Origin: Nanobdellota archaeon
Lineage (GTDB): Archaea > Nanobdellota > Nanobdellia > Pacearchaeales > GW2011-AR1
NCBI GenBank assembly: GCA_038044745.1
Contig: JBBSZK010000002.1
Coordinates: 110,938-174,937 of the forward strand
Length of the DNA: 64,000 nt
Direction of reading: 5' to 3'
The notes beneath the pieces were generated by a model, which saw nothing but the letters and a program-made list of their open reading frames with translations, made no database searches and was not told where the DNA came from. Positions 28,829 through 40,100 of this stretch are shown here, piece by piece (positions within the stretch are counted from its first letter, which is position 1; every line of letters begins with the position of its first letter). The translations under genes were made by a program, and so were the position numbers.

Positions 28829-28958
28829 TGAACCCACGACACCTGGATATCTCTTGCCTCCTGGAATTATAGTTTCTTTGATTTCCAGGGAAACTTTCTT
28901 TTCTAAAGAAAGTAAGCCTTAAGAGTCCAGTACTCTGACCGGGCTGAGCTACGGGGCC
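28813..28958 (-). tRNA. tRNA-Lys(CTT) with 71-nt intron (28849-28919)
   Basis: GGCCCCG/CGGGGTC acceptor, CTGGA/TCCAG anticodon stem, GTGGG-TTCAAAT-CCCAT; CTCT/AGAG junction helix. Confidence 0.93.
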
Positions 28959-29048
28959 ACGAAAAACAAACTGGAATGCGGTTTAAAAACCTAGTGACGC
29001 AGCAGATAATACAGAAAAAGTTATATAGGAAAGAATAAAATAAAGATT

Positions 29049-29291
29049 GTGGCTGAAAAAGAAGACCTGCGTGATTTATTAGGAAGGCCAATTGAACCAG
29101 AATGCCCTCCGCAAGAAGGATTATGGGGACAGCCCGTAAGAAGAATACGACTAGAAGACATGGCGGGAACAACGAGAGGAATAGACGAAATGCAGGGAGA
29201 ACCTTCTTGTGATATAAACACGGGATATTTGTTTTATCGAGGACATTCGAACGGGGTACAAGAAAAGTTATACCCTTCAGAAAATAATTAG
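29049..29291 (+). CDS. Hypothetical protein
   Basis: 80 aa GTG-start ORF with TTATATA box upstream. Confidence 0.5.
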   Translation: MAEKEDLRDLLGRPIEPECPPQEGLWGQPVRRIRLEDMAGTTRGIDEMQGEPSCDINTGYLFYRGHSNGVQEKLYPSENN

Positions 29292-29596
29292 CGATATACG
29301 CGCCAGGTATGCTCGCACTTAGTGCACTTGTAAAACTTCGTTTCAGATTCATCCGATGAACGCGTCTGCAACGTCCAGAAAAAGGCTTCTCCATGCTTAC
29401 AGTCAGGGCATTTAATTTGCACCTTCGGATACGTGTTTAACTGCTTCTCATTGATAACCGCAATACTCGCCGCCTTGCCCATCTTCTCAGAAGCCTGAAT
29501 CTTTACCGGGCCCTTGGGCTTATAGCCACACTTAGCGCACGCTGCCTTTTTATCGACAACAAGAATAACACTCCCACACTTAGGACAAAATTCCAT
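29288..29596 (-). CDS. tfs: Transcription factor S (TFS)
   Basis: MEFCPKCG, two Zn ribbons, QTRSSDESETKFYKC. Confidence 0.95.
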   Translation of the reverse strand: MEFCPKCGSVILVVDKKAACAKCGYKPKGPVKIQASEKMGKAASIAVINEKQLNTYPKVQIKCPDCKHGEAFFWTLQTRSSDESETKFYKCTKCEHTWRVYR

Positions 29597-29645
29597 TAGC
29601 TCCGATAAGTAGAAGAGTATATAAATTTGTTGAAATACCGAAAGC

Positions 29646-30122
29646 ATGCGAACTCTAAAAAAAGAAGAAATTGCACATTTTATCGATGAAGCAGTTAAAA
29701 CAGCCTCATACGCAACATGCATCCGTGCACGATGCGGATGTGTTATTGTACAAAAAAGCGAAATAATCGGAAAGGGATATAATAGCCCTCCGAACGAAAG
29801 AGAATCTCAAAGAAGATGTTCGCAAGATAAATCAAAGATGCATCCAAAAATAACCGATAAAACCTGTTGCATACACGCCGAGCAAAGAGCAATCATAGAC
29901 GCCATAAAGAAAAACCCTGATAAAATAGAAGGATCTCAGCTTCTTTTTGTTCGACTTGATTCAAAGGGAGAAATAGCCCCTGCAGGAGAACCCTATTGTA
30001 CACAATGTAGTAAAATGGCGCTCGACGTAGGAATAAAGGAATTTATTTTGTTGCATGCAACAGGACCCATCGCTTATGAAGCGGAAGAATACAATAAACG
30101 CTCATACCAGTACGGAAGTTAA
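29646..30122 (+). CDS. dCMP/cytidine deaminase family protein
   Basis: GYNS, HAEQRAI, PYCTQC. Confidence 0.9.
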   Translation: MRTLKKEEIAHFIDEAVKTASYATCIRARCGCVIVQKSEIIGKGYNSPPNERESQRRCSQDKSKMHPKITDKTCCIHAEQRAIIDAIKKNPDKIEGSQLLFVRLDSKGEIAPAGEPYCTQCSKMALDVGIKEFILLHATGPIAYEAEEYNKRSYQYGS

Positions 30123-30685
30123 CGACAAAATCCTCGTTGCTCTGAAGGCTTAAACCCTTCAAAGAAAATCAGCTTCAACCATCCAATCGCCGGAACACGC
30201 ATTATTGATTTACCTATAATAGTTGCAGCAGGAATATCTTGCTCTTCAGGAAGATAACTGGGATTATGATCTCCCTTCGTAGCAAACGGATCGATGCCGA
30301 CAAGACGATGAATGAGGGGATACGTGTAACTCGACTTGAACACAACAATATCCCCTGGCTCGTACGAACCGCGCCCTGAAACAAGAATAATATCTCCTTT
30401 ATTCAACCCATTCTTAAACGGAAACTGTTCAAAATCAGATTTCGAAATATCTCGTTCAGTTTCGTACCATAGTTCATTCTGTTCCCACCATGCATCAAAC
30501 CCTTGTTCATGGTACATGGAGCAGGATTCCACCACGACAAGGGGCAGTGAAGATGCAAAAGCAAAAGAAAGCACTGGAAAGAAAATAAATCGAATAAAGA
30601 GATACATCAGCACAAGCGAGACGACCCACGACTGCCAACTGTCCTTCTTTAAAAAGCGCCAAAAACGGTGCAAATAAAACATCAT
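30119..30685 (-). CDS. Signal peptidase I (S26B, archaeal type)
   Basis: VVVESCSMYH, GDIVVF, LIHR, TKGDHN. Confidence 0.88.
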   Translation of the reverse strand: MMFYLHRFWRFLKKDSWQSWVVSLVLMYLFIRFIFFPVLSFAFASSLPLVVVESCSMYHEQGFDAWWEQNELWYETERDISKSDFEQFPFKNGLNKGDIILVSGRGSYEPGDIVVFKSSYTYPLIHRLVGIDPFATKGDHNPSYLPEEQDIPAATIIGKSIMRVPAIGWLKLIFFEGFKPSEQRGFCR

Positions 30686-30735
30686 TGAACTAACGAGAAA
30701 AGAAGATATTTAAACCATGTGTAAACCGCATACTT

Positions 30736-31068
30736 ATGTATCGCCCAGAACTAGTATATGACGCACACGGGAATCCTCTAGGGACGGGACTTTTTTACTT
30801 AGGGCCCGATCCAGTGTATGACGTACGCGCACAGCTCTATTTTACACGAGGATGGACGCAAATCGAAGGAGTAACGGCATTCATAGCAGAAAATTCACGC
30901 GGAGAAGAAATACCTCTCGATGCGTTGGCTGCACGACAACTGTATCCTGCGAGCGACGAAGCAATAAATACCGCGCTCAATGCCGGACGCGTATCGATAG
31001 AGAACGAAGAATGGTTCAAAAAAAGATCAAGAAAAACGGTACGCAATAACCGAATCGTAGAACCATAA
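30736..31068 (+). CDS. Hypothetical protein
   Basis: 110 aa ORF with TTTAAA box upstream. Confidence 0.55.
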   Translation: MYRPELVYDAHGNPLGTGLFYLGPDPVYDVRAQLYFTRGWTQIEGVTAFIAENSRGEEIPLDALAARQLYPASDEAINTALNAGRVSIENEEWFKKRSRKTVRNNRIVEP

Positions 31069-31118
31069 TATTTATATACCCCCGTATACACAAGAAATGT
31101 ATACAAAAAAGATACACC

Positions 31119-31466
31119 ATGACAGACATCTTCGACACAACCATCCTCTGCAAAAAATGCGGAGAAGAAATGGAACCTACTGCCGTCCACAAAGCTGGCT
31201 ATCAACTGAGGGCCGTTGAATGCCCCACATGTAAAGACACCATCATGCATCCCGCAGACAAAGCCCAATTCGAACAATATAGTGGCCTCAAAGGTAAAAC
31301 CTACCACGTAAAGTTACGAATGGTGGGCAATAGCCATGCCGTAAGCATTCCCAAAGAGATTATAACCTTCTTCCAGCAACAAGAAAAAATGATGGATGAT
31401 ATGGTGCGATTATGTTTTGAAGATATGCATCGATTACGCTTAGAATTTGGAGACGACGACAAATGA
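31119..31466 (+). CDS. Zn-ribbon plus AbrB/MazE-like DNA-binding protein
   Basis: CKKC...CPTC then KLRMVGNSHAVSIPKEI. Confidence 0.75.
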   Translation: MTDIFDTTILCKKCGEEMEPTAVHKAGYQLRAVECPTCKDTIMHPADKAQFEQYSGLKGKTYHVKLRMVGNSHAVSIPKEIITFFQQQEKMMDDMVRLCFEDMHRLRLEFGDDDK

Positions 31467-33763
31467 CTTCCGACATGAAAAACCCAAGTGAAGTAAAATT
31501 GCGCGTATTAGAAGCACTGCAAGACGACGCGTACAAAGGAGTAGCCCGTATTGACACAGAAGTCATGAAAACCCTCGGTCTACGTAGAGGAGACATCATC
31601 GCAATCAAAGGTGAACGAGAAACAGTCGCCATTGTCGATCGCTCCTACCCTGCAGACGTCGGGGAAGGCATCATCCGAATCGATGGCCTCATCAGAAAAA
31701 ACGCTAAAACGGGTATCGGAGAAATGGTTGTAATTAAAAGAGTAGTCATAAAACCTGCAAAAAAGATAGCCATCGCCCCCGCACAACCGGGAATTAGCGT
31801 ACAAGGTGACCCCGAACTATTCAAAAACGGACTCTTGGGACGAGCAATGACAAAGGGAGACATCATTTCATTAGGAGGAACTCAGCGACGTCGAGACCTT
31901 ATGGGTGCCGGAGATATGTCTGAAATATTCGGAGATCTCAATGAACTTTTCGGAGGTAATTTTGGATTTGCAGGATTTCAACGTATCAAGTTCATCGTTG
32001 TTTCAACAACCCCCAATCAGCCAGTGATAGTAACCGAAGAAACTGAAATAATACTCAATGCGAAAGCAGTCGACATGACGGAAGAAAACGTGCCCGACGT
32101 GACGTATGAAGACATCGGGGGACTTACCGATGAAATAAAAAAGATTAGAGAAATGGTCGAGTTACCACTTAAACACCCCGAAGTATTTGACCGCCTCGGT
32201 ATTGAACCCCCTAAGGGAGTATTGTTATATGGTCCTCCAGGGACAGGTAAAACGTTGCTCGCGAAAGCAGTTGCCAACGAATCAGAAGCAAACTTCGTTC
32301 TTCTCAACGGACCTGAAATCATGTCTAAATTTTACGGAGAATCAGAAAAGAAAATACGAGACTTGTTTGAAGATGCCGAAAAAAACGCGCCCACCATCAT
32401 ATTTATCGATGAAATCGATGCAATAGCTCCAAAAAGAGAAGAGGTACAAGGCGAAGTTGAGCGACGTGTCGTCTCCCAACTGTTAACCGCTCTGGATGGT
32501 CTTAAGGCCAGAGGAAAAGTTGTCGTTATCGGCGCGACGAACCGACCAAACTCACTTGACCCTGCCCTGCGAAGACCCGGACGTTTTGATAGAGAAATAG
32601 AAATTTCCGTACCCGATAAAAAAGCGCGTCTTAACATCCTTAAAATTCACACGAGAAATATGCCGTTACGAAAAGATGTTAAACTTGAAGCAATCGCTGC
32701 AAAAACACACGGGTTTGTCGGTGCAGATATATCCTCGCTTGCAAAAGAATCTGCCATGGTTGTTCTAAGAAGAGAATTGCCTCAAATGGGACTTGACAAA
32801 GACCAGGAGATTCCAAAAGAAGTTCTGGATAAAATGGTAGTTACCAATGAAGATTTCGATGAAGCGCTCAAAGTCGTAAGACCAAGCGCCATGCGTGAAG
32901 TGCTTGTTGAAACACCCAATGTCGGCTGGGAAGATATAGGCGGACTCTTGAGTACAAAACAATCGCTCAAAGAAGCCGTTGAATGGCCTATCAAATACAG
33001 AGAAAACTTCGAACGCCTCGGTATTCGACCACCGCGAGGAATTTTGCTGTACGGCCCCCCCGGAACAGGTAAGACCTTGCTTGCAAAAGCCGTCGCTAAA
33101 GAATCAGAAGCAAACTTCATCAGCGTCAAAGGCCCCAGTTTACTAAGCATGTGGGTCGGCAAATCAGAAGAAGGCGTCAGAAAAATATTCGAACGTGCGC
33201 GCCAAGTCGCCCCTTGCATCGTGTTCTTTGATGAAATAGATGCGCTTGCAGGAAAGCGAGGCATGGACATGGGAAACAAAGTAACCGAACGTGTGCTCAA
33301 CCAACTGCTCGCAGAAATAGACGGCCTTGAAGGGCTCAAAGATGTAACCATTATCGGCGCGACGAACCGACCTGATATGCTCGACCCTGCCATTTTACGA
33401 CCGGGAAGATTTGACCGAGTCTTACTCGTTGACGTTCCAGATAAAGAAAGTAGAAAAAAGATACTTGACATCCATTTGAAGAACACACCGCTCGACAAAT
33501 CAGTGAACGTAGAAACACTCGTAACCAAAACCGAAGGATTCGTCGGTGCAGACATTGAAAGCCTCGTTCGCGAAGCAGCACTCGCTGCACTTCGAAAAGA
33601 TATGAAAGCCCCCACTGTAACTATGACAGATTTCGACGAGGCCATGTCCCGCGTCAAGCCCTCCGTATCAGAAGACACCGCGCGCAGATACAAGAAAATA
33701 GAAGAGCATTACCTCAAGATGGCAAAGGCAGGAGGAATCGACAGCCCCGTCTACGCAGGATAA
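31463..33763 (+). CDS. cdc48: CDC48/VCP family AAA ATPase
   Basis: N-domain plus two AAA modules with [19 protein letters not shown]. Confidence 0.97.
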   Translation: MTSDMKNPSEVKLRVLEALQDDAYKGVARIDTEVMKTLGLRRGDIIAIKGERETVAIVDRSYPADVGEGIIRIDGLIRKNAKTGIGEMVVIKRVVIKPAKKIAIAPAQPGISVQGDPELFKNGLLGRAMTKGDIISLGGTQRRRDLMGAGDMSEIFGDLNELFGGNFGFAGFQRIKFIVVSTTPNQPVIVTEETEIILNAKAVDMTEENVPDVTYEDIGGLTDEIKKIREMVELPLKHPEVFDRLGIEPPKGVLLYGPPGTGKTLLAKAVANESEANFVLLNGPEIMSKFYGESEKKIRDLFEDAEKNAPTIIFIDEIDAIAPKREEVQGEVERRVVSQLLTALDGLKARGKVVVIGATNRPNSLDPALRRPGRFDREIEISVPDKKARLNILKIHTRNMPLRKDVKLEAIAAKTHGFVGADISSLAKESAMVVLRRELPQMGLDKDQEIPKEVLDKMVVTNEDFDEALKVVRPSAMREVLVETPNVGWEDIGGLLSTKQSLKEAVEWPIKYRENFERLGIRPPRGILLYGPPGTGKTLLAKAVAKESEANFISVKGPSLLSMWVGKSEEGVRKIFERARQVAPCIVFFDEIDALAGKRGMDMGNKVTERVLNQLLAEIDGLEGLKDVTIIGATNRPDMLDPAILRPGRFDRVLLVDVPDKESRKKILDIHLKNTPLDKSVNVETLVTKTEGFVGADIESLVREAALAALRKDMKAPTVTMTDFDEAMSRVKPSVSEDTARRYKKIEEHYLKMAKAGGIDSPVYAG

Positions 33764-34140
33764 TGGAACAAAAAATTCACCACAACATGGATCAGAGCGC
33801 GCTCCTCGGCGAGACGTACATGATTCAACACAAAGCGGACCGATTTGTACTCGACTTCAAAGGCATGAACATTCAACACCTTGACCCTGCGGACCAGATT
33901 GCCGTAGTCATCAATCACAAAACCGTAATGCTCGACCCCTGGAAAATGAAGGAATTTGTTGAAAGCGCTCAAGACAACCTCAAAAAATACGAAGAAAAAT
34001 TCGGGAAGATAAAAGTGCCCGAGCCCATAGAAAAAGAAAGGAAGGATGTCAAAAAGAAAAAGAAGGAAAGCGGAAAATCAAAAGACAAAACAGCTCCAGC
34101 GATAGACACGATACACCACAAACAGTCCTATTTCGGATAA
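33763..34140 (+). CDS. DUF3467-like protein
   Basis: FVLDFK...VMLDPWKMKEF...NLKKYEEKFGKI pattern; coupled to cdc48. Confidence 0.65.
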   Translation: MEQKIHHNMDQSALLGETYMIQHKADRFVLDFKGMNIQHLDPADQIAVVINHKTVMLDPWKMKEFVESAQDNLKKYEEKFGKIKVPEPIEKERKDVKKKKKESGKSKDKTAPAIDTIHHKQSYFG

Positions 34141-34141
34141 A

Positions 34142-35026
34142 CTACGTTATCTGTTTCGTTTCTTCCCGAGTAACTAAAAATGTGTTCTCTGCCTGTGCAA
34201 CAATACCTTTGCCTGCTTCAATCAACTGTTTATAGTGGTGCAATAATCCTGCCTGTTCAATAAATCGCAAGGCAATCAAACCGCGCGTCCCAAATTTTGC
34301 ATGAATCCACCGCGAGCAAAACGGCAACGTGCGATATTCCTCGGCAATAAATTCCAACACAATGCGGGCAAAGCTATCGCGCACATTGCCTTCCTTCATG
34401 AGTTGATAAATGCCCGAGGGCTTGCCATCCATAACCCTTCCCGCCCCATTAGTCGCAAACGGTTCAATGGCATAAATCCCCTCATCAAGACGGGTCGTAT
34501 CCCCATTGTCATAATTAGGAATCGTAACACCTGCATGCACATCGTACTCTTCAATCGCATGCCCCGATAAGTTAACCACGGTCGTCATTCCGCGCGAACG
34601 AATGGTGGTGTCAACCGCCTTCCCCAACGCAGCAAGTGTAACGCCCACCTTAACAAGATGTGTTGCCGCATGCAGTCCCGCCTCGGCAGCCGCAATAAGG
34701 TTTTTATTAAAGTCAGAGTTCTCCAAATCAACCGAAAATGCCGTGTCCGCAATCGCCCCCGCAACATGCACGCCAATATCAACTTTTAACAGCCCATACG
34801 CACGATCGTCAGAGGTATACGCAGGAGTCGCATGCGCCGCAACTTCATTAATAGATAAATTAACCGGAAACGCAGGCTTGCCCCCCAGTTCGTAAATTTT
34901 TTCCTCGATTTTCGTAGCCAACTCAAGCAACAGCATATCTTTCTTCACAATTGTACGCGCATACGAAACAGCCTCGCGCGCAATCTCACCGGCACGAATT
35001 AAATTTTGATGAATAGTTGTAACCAT
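34142..35026 (-). CDS. map: Type II methionine aminopeptidase
   Basis: AFPVNLS, AAHATP, KVDIGVH, IADTA, NLSGH, AIEPFAT. Confidence 0.95.
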   Translation of the reverse strand: MVTTIHQNLIRAGEIAREAVSYARTIVKKDMLLLELATKIEEKIYELGGKPAFPVNLSINEVAAHATPAYTSDDRAYGLLKVDIGVHVAGAIADTAFSVDLENSDFNKNLIAAAEAGLHAATHLVKVGVTLAALGKAVDTTIRSRGMTTVVNLSGHAIEEYDVHAGVTIPNYDNGDTTRLDEGIYAIEPFATNGAGRVMDGKPSGIYQLMKEGNVRDSFARIVLEFIAEEYRTLPFCSRWIHAKFGTRGLIALRFIEQAGLLHHYKQLIEAGKGIVAQAENTFLVTREETKQIT

Positions 35027-35123
35027 CAAAAACCTAAAAAGAGGTGCTATATAAATCATAAGGTAGTAAGCAAGACATACCAAATCTCTTAATTTCAAAG
35101 GTGCGAGAAAAATCCAAACCGTC

Positions 35124-35576
35124 TTAACGCTTTTTCAAATGGCGTTCTTTAGGAACATAATTGTACAATTTTCCGTGGCTCGCATATCCACTTCCCAAAA
35201 AATCGTCCCCATAACGAACCACATACACGCCATCCTCAAGCTCGCGTACCAGCGTCTCGCCGCGCATCCATGCCTCAAACTCTTCAGGATTAAGTTCAAT
35301 AACGCCTTTAGTAAACCGAGACGAGAGCACCTGCGTCATATCAAACGCCAAACGCAGTCCAAACGATTCCCGCCGTGCGAGATAGGCTCCTGCAAATTCA
35401 ACCCGAGCAAATTCGCTCAAAGAAAGAAGCTCTTCGCGACTCAACGTACCTGAGAACGCCCGAACACGTTCTTTCCCTGCCTGTAAGAAGAGATAATCTC
35501 TAAGTTCGACGCCAAATCGCGACTCAATCTCGTTGAGCAGCTTCTTTTTATCGCTTGAAGAAAGAAACGCAATCAT
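35124..35576 (-). CDS. NOL1/NOP2/RsmF C-terminal PUA-like domain protein
   Basis: IELNPEEFEAWMRGE...YVVRYGDDFLGSG...KLYNYVPKER. Confidence 0.75.
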   Translation of the reverse strand: MIAFLSSSDKKKLLNEIESRFGVELRDYLFLQAGKERVRAFSGTLSREELLSLSEFARVEFAGAYLARRESFGLRLAFDMTQVLSSRFTKGVIELNPEEFEAWMRGETLVRELEDGVYVVRYGDDFLGSGYASHGKLYNYVPKERHLKKR

Positions 35577-36007
35577 CGTTTCCCCCGCATAACCTTTTTG
35601 ATAATAGCTTTATGGGTAAATGCAATATCCATAGCAAGCACGTCAGAAAGAGAAAACCACTTCCATTCGCTTACTTCCCAGTTTGGTTTGACCGTTCCAG
35701 AAAAAGAAACGTCAAAAACCAATATAAGAGCGTGCAAATGCAGACGAGGCACAAATTCATCATGATAAAACAAAAAGCGTGCGCGTTTCCCTGCAATGCC
35801 TATTTCCTCGCGAACCTCTCGTAACACCCCTGCTTCGGCAGTTTCTCCCTTATCCAAATGCCCTCCCGGCAAACACCATTTGCCTCCCTCAATAAGGGAA
35901 GGGGCTCGTCGAGTCAAAAGAATTTTCCCATTTCTTCGAATAATTGCTGCCAAACACGGTTGAGGCGAAACCAAGTTCAGCAACGAACGTATAAACCAGT
36001 TAGTCAC
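35573..36007 (-). CDS. NUDIX hydrolase
   Basis: Nudix box GGHLDKGETAEAGVLREVREEIG. Confidence 0.93.
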   Translation of the reverse strand: MTNWFIRSLLNLVSPQPCLAAIIRRNGKILLTRRAPSLIEGGKWCLPGGHLDKGETAEAGVLREVREEIGIAGKRARFLFYHDEFVPRLHLHALILVFDVSFSGTVKPNWEVSEWKWFSLSDVLAMDIAFTHKAIIKKVMRGKR

Positions 36008-36963
36008 GGCATTTCCCCCGTCAACGTCATTTTCGCTACAAAAAAACCTTCGCTATCATTATCGTGCGGATAAATACGGCAGGTCTTGCATACCTCGGAA
36101 GAAAAAGTTTCTTGCTTCCACGACGTGACCCCGGGTCGCGTGCGAAGCGGCAACCGAATCATTTCAATTGTAACCGGGAAATTCCGTACCGCAAAATCAA
36201 CAACGGCCTCGTCTTCTTCAGGAGCATGCGTGCACGTCGAATAAACAAGCGTACCGCCTACCTTCAAACAACCAAGCGCACTTGCAAGCAACTTTTTCTG
36301 CATACGCCCCATATTATCCACAACTTTAGGATTCCACATCAAAAACGTTTTAGAACTAGAACGTAACGTCCCTTCACCTGAACACGGTGCGTCCAGCAAT
36401 ATTTTATCAAACAAAAAGCCATTCTTTTTCAAACGAGTACAAAGACCCACGCCATCCAGCCGTGTAACAACACAATTCGTCACCCCACATCGTTCGAGAT
36501 TAGCGGACAGAATAGCGATGCGGTCAATCTTGATATCGTTAGCAATCAACGTACCTTTATTTTCCATGCGCGCCGCTATTTGTGTTGTCTTGCTGCCCGG
36601 AGAGGCACACACATCGAGTACGAACTCCCCTGGTTTCGCATCAAGCGCAAGCGCACTCATCATACTCGAAACTTCCTGAATATAATAGTAGCCCAACAAA
36701 TGTTCAATCGCGTTTCCCAGCGCACCCGGTTCAATATCCTGGTCAACAAGCATAATCTCGGGCGTTTCTGCAAACGGCACGACAACTTTCCACCGTTTCC
36801 GCAATCGTTTCAAAAGTGTTTCAGGAGCAATTTTCAACGTATTACACCGAATAAAATTTCGCGGCGGTGTGTGAATAATCTCAGAAAACGCCTCGAAGTC
36901 CCCCTCATCAAGCAACAAATTTCGCATGCGCTGAGCAAACAGCGGTTTCATCTCAAGAGCCAT
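36004..36963 (-). CDS. RsmB/NOP2 family RNA m5C methyltransferase
   Basis: CASPGSKTTQ, DAPCSGEG, YSTCT, EGFFVAK. Confidence 0.95.
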   Translation of the reverse strand: MALEMKPLFAQRMRNLLLDEGDFEAFSEIIHTPPRNFIRCNTLKIAPETLLKRLRKRWKVVVPFAETPEIMLVDQDIEPGALGNAIEHLLGYYYIQEVSSMMSALALDAKPGEFVLDVCASPGSKTTQIAARMENKGTLIANDIKIDRIAILSANLERCGVTNCVVTRLDGVGLCTRLKKNGFLFDKILLDAPCSGEGTLRSSSKTFLMWNPKVVDNMGRMQKKLLASALGCLKVGGTLVYSTCTHAPEEDEAVVDFAVRNFPVTIEMIRLPLRTRPGVTSWKQETFSSEVCKTCRIYPHDNDSEGFFVAKMTLTGEMP

Positions 36964-36997
36964 AGGGAGTAAGAGAAAAAGAGGGTTTTAAGTCTTG

Positions 36998-37186
36998 TTA
37001 ATGTACATGCGCCATGCGATAAAACCCTATGCCCATCATGATAAGCCCCACAGAAAGAGAGAGAAACAAAAACGCCTCACTATTCATAAACGGAACATTA
37101 TCCATTAAATGCCATAACCCTCTAAATACAAGCACAGAACCAAGAACAAGCAACGTCTCCCAAAACACATGTTTTCTCTTTTTCAT
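36998..37186 (-). CDS. Small two-TM membrane protein
   Basis: VLVFRGLWHLMD and a second hydrophobic helix. Confidence 0.7.
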   Translation of the reverse strand: MKKRKHVFWETLLVLGSVLVFRGLWHLMDNVPFMNSEAFLFLSLSVGLIMMGIGFYRMAHVH

Positions 37187-37192
37187 ACCGTT

Positions 37193-40100
37193 CTAACGGC
37201 GTTCGTCAGACGAATCATCAAAACCCTTGTCATCAAACCCTTCGGAGCCTTCCTGCAACTCACCTTCGCGTTCATCCCCCTTTTCTTCATCCTGACCTTC
37301 AGGACCTCCACGATCGTCACCCATAACAATATCAAAAAAGTCTTTCATAAATCGTTTAGCATCTCCTTCAGCAGCTGCAGGCGTTACCGCTATCGAACCC
37401 ATCAAGGCCCTCATTTTTAGGTACATCTGTGCACCACTAACAACACCCGTAATTCCTCCGACGTCCGGCTTACGATCCCACGGCGGGCTCTGCAGCTCAA
37501 CGCGTCCACTCTCGCTATACTCAATCATATCAAGCAATTTTTCAGAATCCAACGTGATAGTGACATCCACTTCAGACATCTCTTCAAGAGGCATGGGCTC
37601 GAAATATACAATCTCTTCCTCATTCAACCGCACATAAACATTAAACATTATCTCGGCGGTTTCAACATTCTTGAATTGCACAGCCAAACTGTCCCCATAC
37701 TGCGCATTGAACTCACGTACAAAGCTCATAATGTCATCATCAGTACTCAATTCTTCTCTATCACGCGCAGAAAGCCCTCCCTTCTTATCGCCCTGTTCCT
37801 CAGCAGGCCCGGGCATGCGATGCTGTTCCATGGCAGTTTGCATCTCACGAACAAAGAAATCACGTGACGGGAAAAGCCAGAGTTTCATATAGGGTGAGAT
37901 AAGCTGCTGTTCGCCATCATCGTCGCCAAGTTGTGCACTCTTGATTTCTTCCCAGAATTCAACGCTACCATACTCCGTCTCATACGTGAAGGTTATCAAG
38001 TTGCTAGATAGAACTTCGGACTGACCAAGGCAACGCTGTCTTTCTGCAATCTGCCGAGAAATATCCACATCTCTCCAATAAATCTCAAAGATGCCCGACA
38101 TATGATTCTGCCAGTCGTCAGCGGCGTTAGCAACATACTGCTCAAAGAACCAAGCAGCAAATTCTTTATTTAACGACTTCTCAAGCTCCGCACGTTGGCG
38201 CAGTAAGTTTTGCAATTCACGCGCGCACCAATCTCCGCCCCCATCACCTAAAAAGTACTTGTTCTTGATTTGTTGAAAGTCTTGAAGATCCTGCCCCCAC
38301 GCGTTGAACCAAATATTTCCTCCCTCTTTCCCCTGTTCCTTACGGCAAGCACCGCCCACGCCGAAAACAAACTTCTCCAGCTTATGTTCTTTGCGTTCTG
38401 ACTCTCGCCATGTGTTCTCACCAGCCATACACGTATCAATGCAATCACGTGCACAACTTTCAAGATTAGACTCACCGGACGCGCTAGACTCGCAAGTTAC
38501 ACGCACATCATCAAGATTACATTCAAAGTTCTCACCACATGTTTCAAAGATGCATTTCTCTACAGAAGGTCTGACGTTCATGTCATAACACTCTCTATCA
38601 CACCTCTCTTTGCATTCGTTCTCTCTCCTATCGCGATCCTCCTGTTCCCTATTTTCACGATCGTCTTCCTCGCGCAGGCGCTCATCATCAAAATCATCAT
38701 CGGGCTGTTGATTTTCTTGGAAAGAACCCTCCCCACCTTCACTGCCTTGACCAATCGTAGTACTTTCTCCGCTACTATCTGGATTTTCACCGCCTGATCC
38801 TTCATCACTATCACTCTCTGAACTTTCTTCGCCTCCGTCTTCACCTTCGCCTTCAACTGCACGGGCAGTTGTAGTCATCCGATTAGCAAAAGCACGAAAG
38901 AAAGAGAAAATAACATTCCCCGTTACTTCGCTCGATTCACGTGCTCCTTCTGAAGAGTCTTGCGAAGGCTCTGGCTCAGCAGCGTTATCAGCGCTTTCTG
39001 TAGACGCCTCGATTTCTGTTTCTTCAACGTTCTCACTCTCCTCTCCATCAACGATTTCTTCATCAACGCCTGCCTCTTCAACAACTTCAGGCAAGGTAAC
39101 ACACTGTCCGTTGCTACACACATCATGTTCCCCGCCACAATCAGAGCGTACAACACAGGCGCGGGTTACAACTTCCTCAACGCCCCGGGTTTCTTCAGCA
39201 ACAGCCCCCTCAGTACAAGCAACACCTGTCTCAACCCACACCCCACCCCCACAAATAGAGCTGATAATCTGATCTCCATTTTCACAAGCCTGAACGCGCT
39301 CTTCATCCGCCGCACACTCTGCCTCTCGACATTCTTCAAGCGTCGTTGTCTGACAGGTGCCCTCAACACACGCTGCAACCCCGCACAAAGGCGGTGTACA
39401 ATCGGCATCAAAAGTACAGTAGGTGGTTTCTCCAATACAAACGGGAGTTAAGGGGCATCCATTTATATCATTACCCGAAAATATAACGCTCCCTTCACAG
39501 ACCAACGGCTCAAAAACAACGCACTGCACGCAATCCATCTCACACGCCATAGGGGTATCAGACTCCTCTGCGAGATTAACATCCCCCGATTCACCTTCTT
39601 CGCAGATATGATTTCCACATACAGGCCCTGCGTCAACAACAACCTCCTCACGCTGCCGGCACATGTTAGAAATGCAATACAAAGCAACCTCCTGTTGACT
39701 AGTAGTATTATTTTCATCCGTTACCTCAACAGCCCCATAGCCACAAACCTGACCCCCACACTGTGCATCCGCGCAGTCGATTGCTCCATCCCGATTGTCG
39801 TCCTGATTATTATCGCACGTCTCCTGACCTGCTTCCACAAAAGACCGAACGAGTTGTTTTTCCCATTGCTCCTGCGTGAAAGATTGTTCTTTTTTTTCAT
39901 ACGGAGCAAACAACTCCAAATAGAAAGCTTTGCGCTCCTCGTAATTAGACGTAATCAGCGCTTGTTGAGCTTGGGCACGTTCTTGATTTTTCTTGATCCA
40001 GCAGTACGTACGAGAGCATTCCTCTTGAGCTTCAGGAGTCATTGTTGAGAAGTCTACTTGATATTCACTACCCTCAAACTGTTCCCATACATTATTGGCT

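Noticed and set aside
32155-33420. Repeated DNA segments within cdc48
   Set aside because: Explained by the homologous D1 and D2 AAA modules
32782-33693. 303-aa antisense ORF within cdc48 and similar shadow ORFs (e.g. 16683-17429, 12616-13167)
   Set aside because: Antisense shadows of well-supported genes with no motifs of their own
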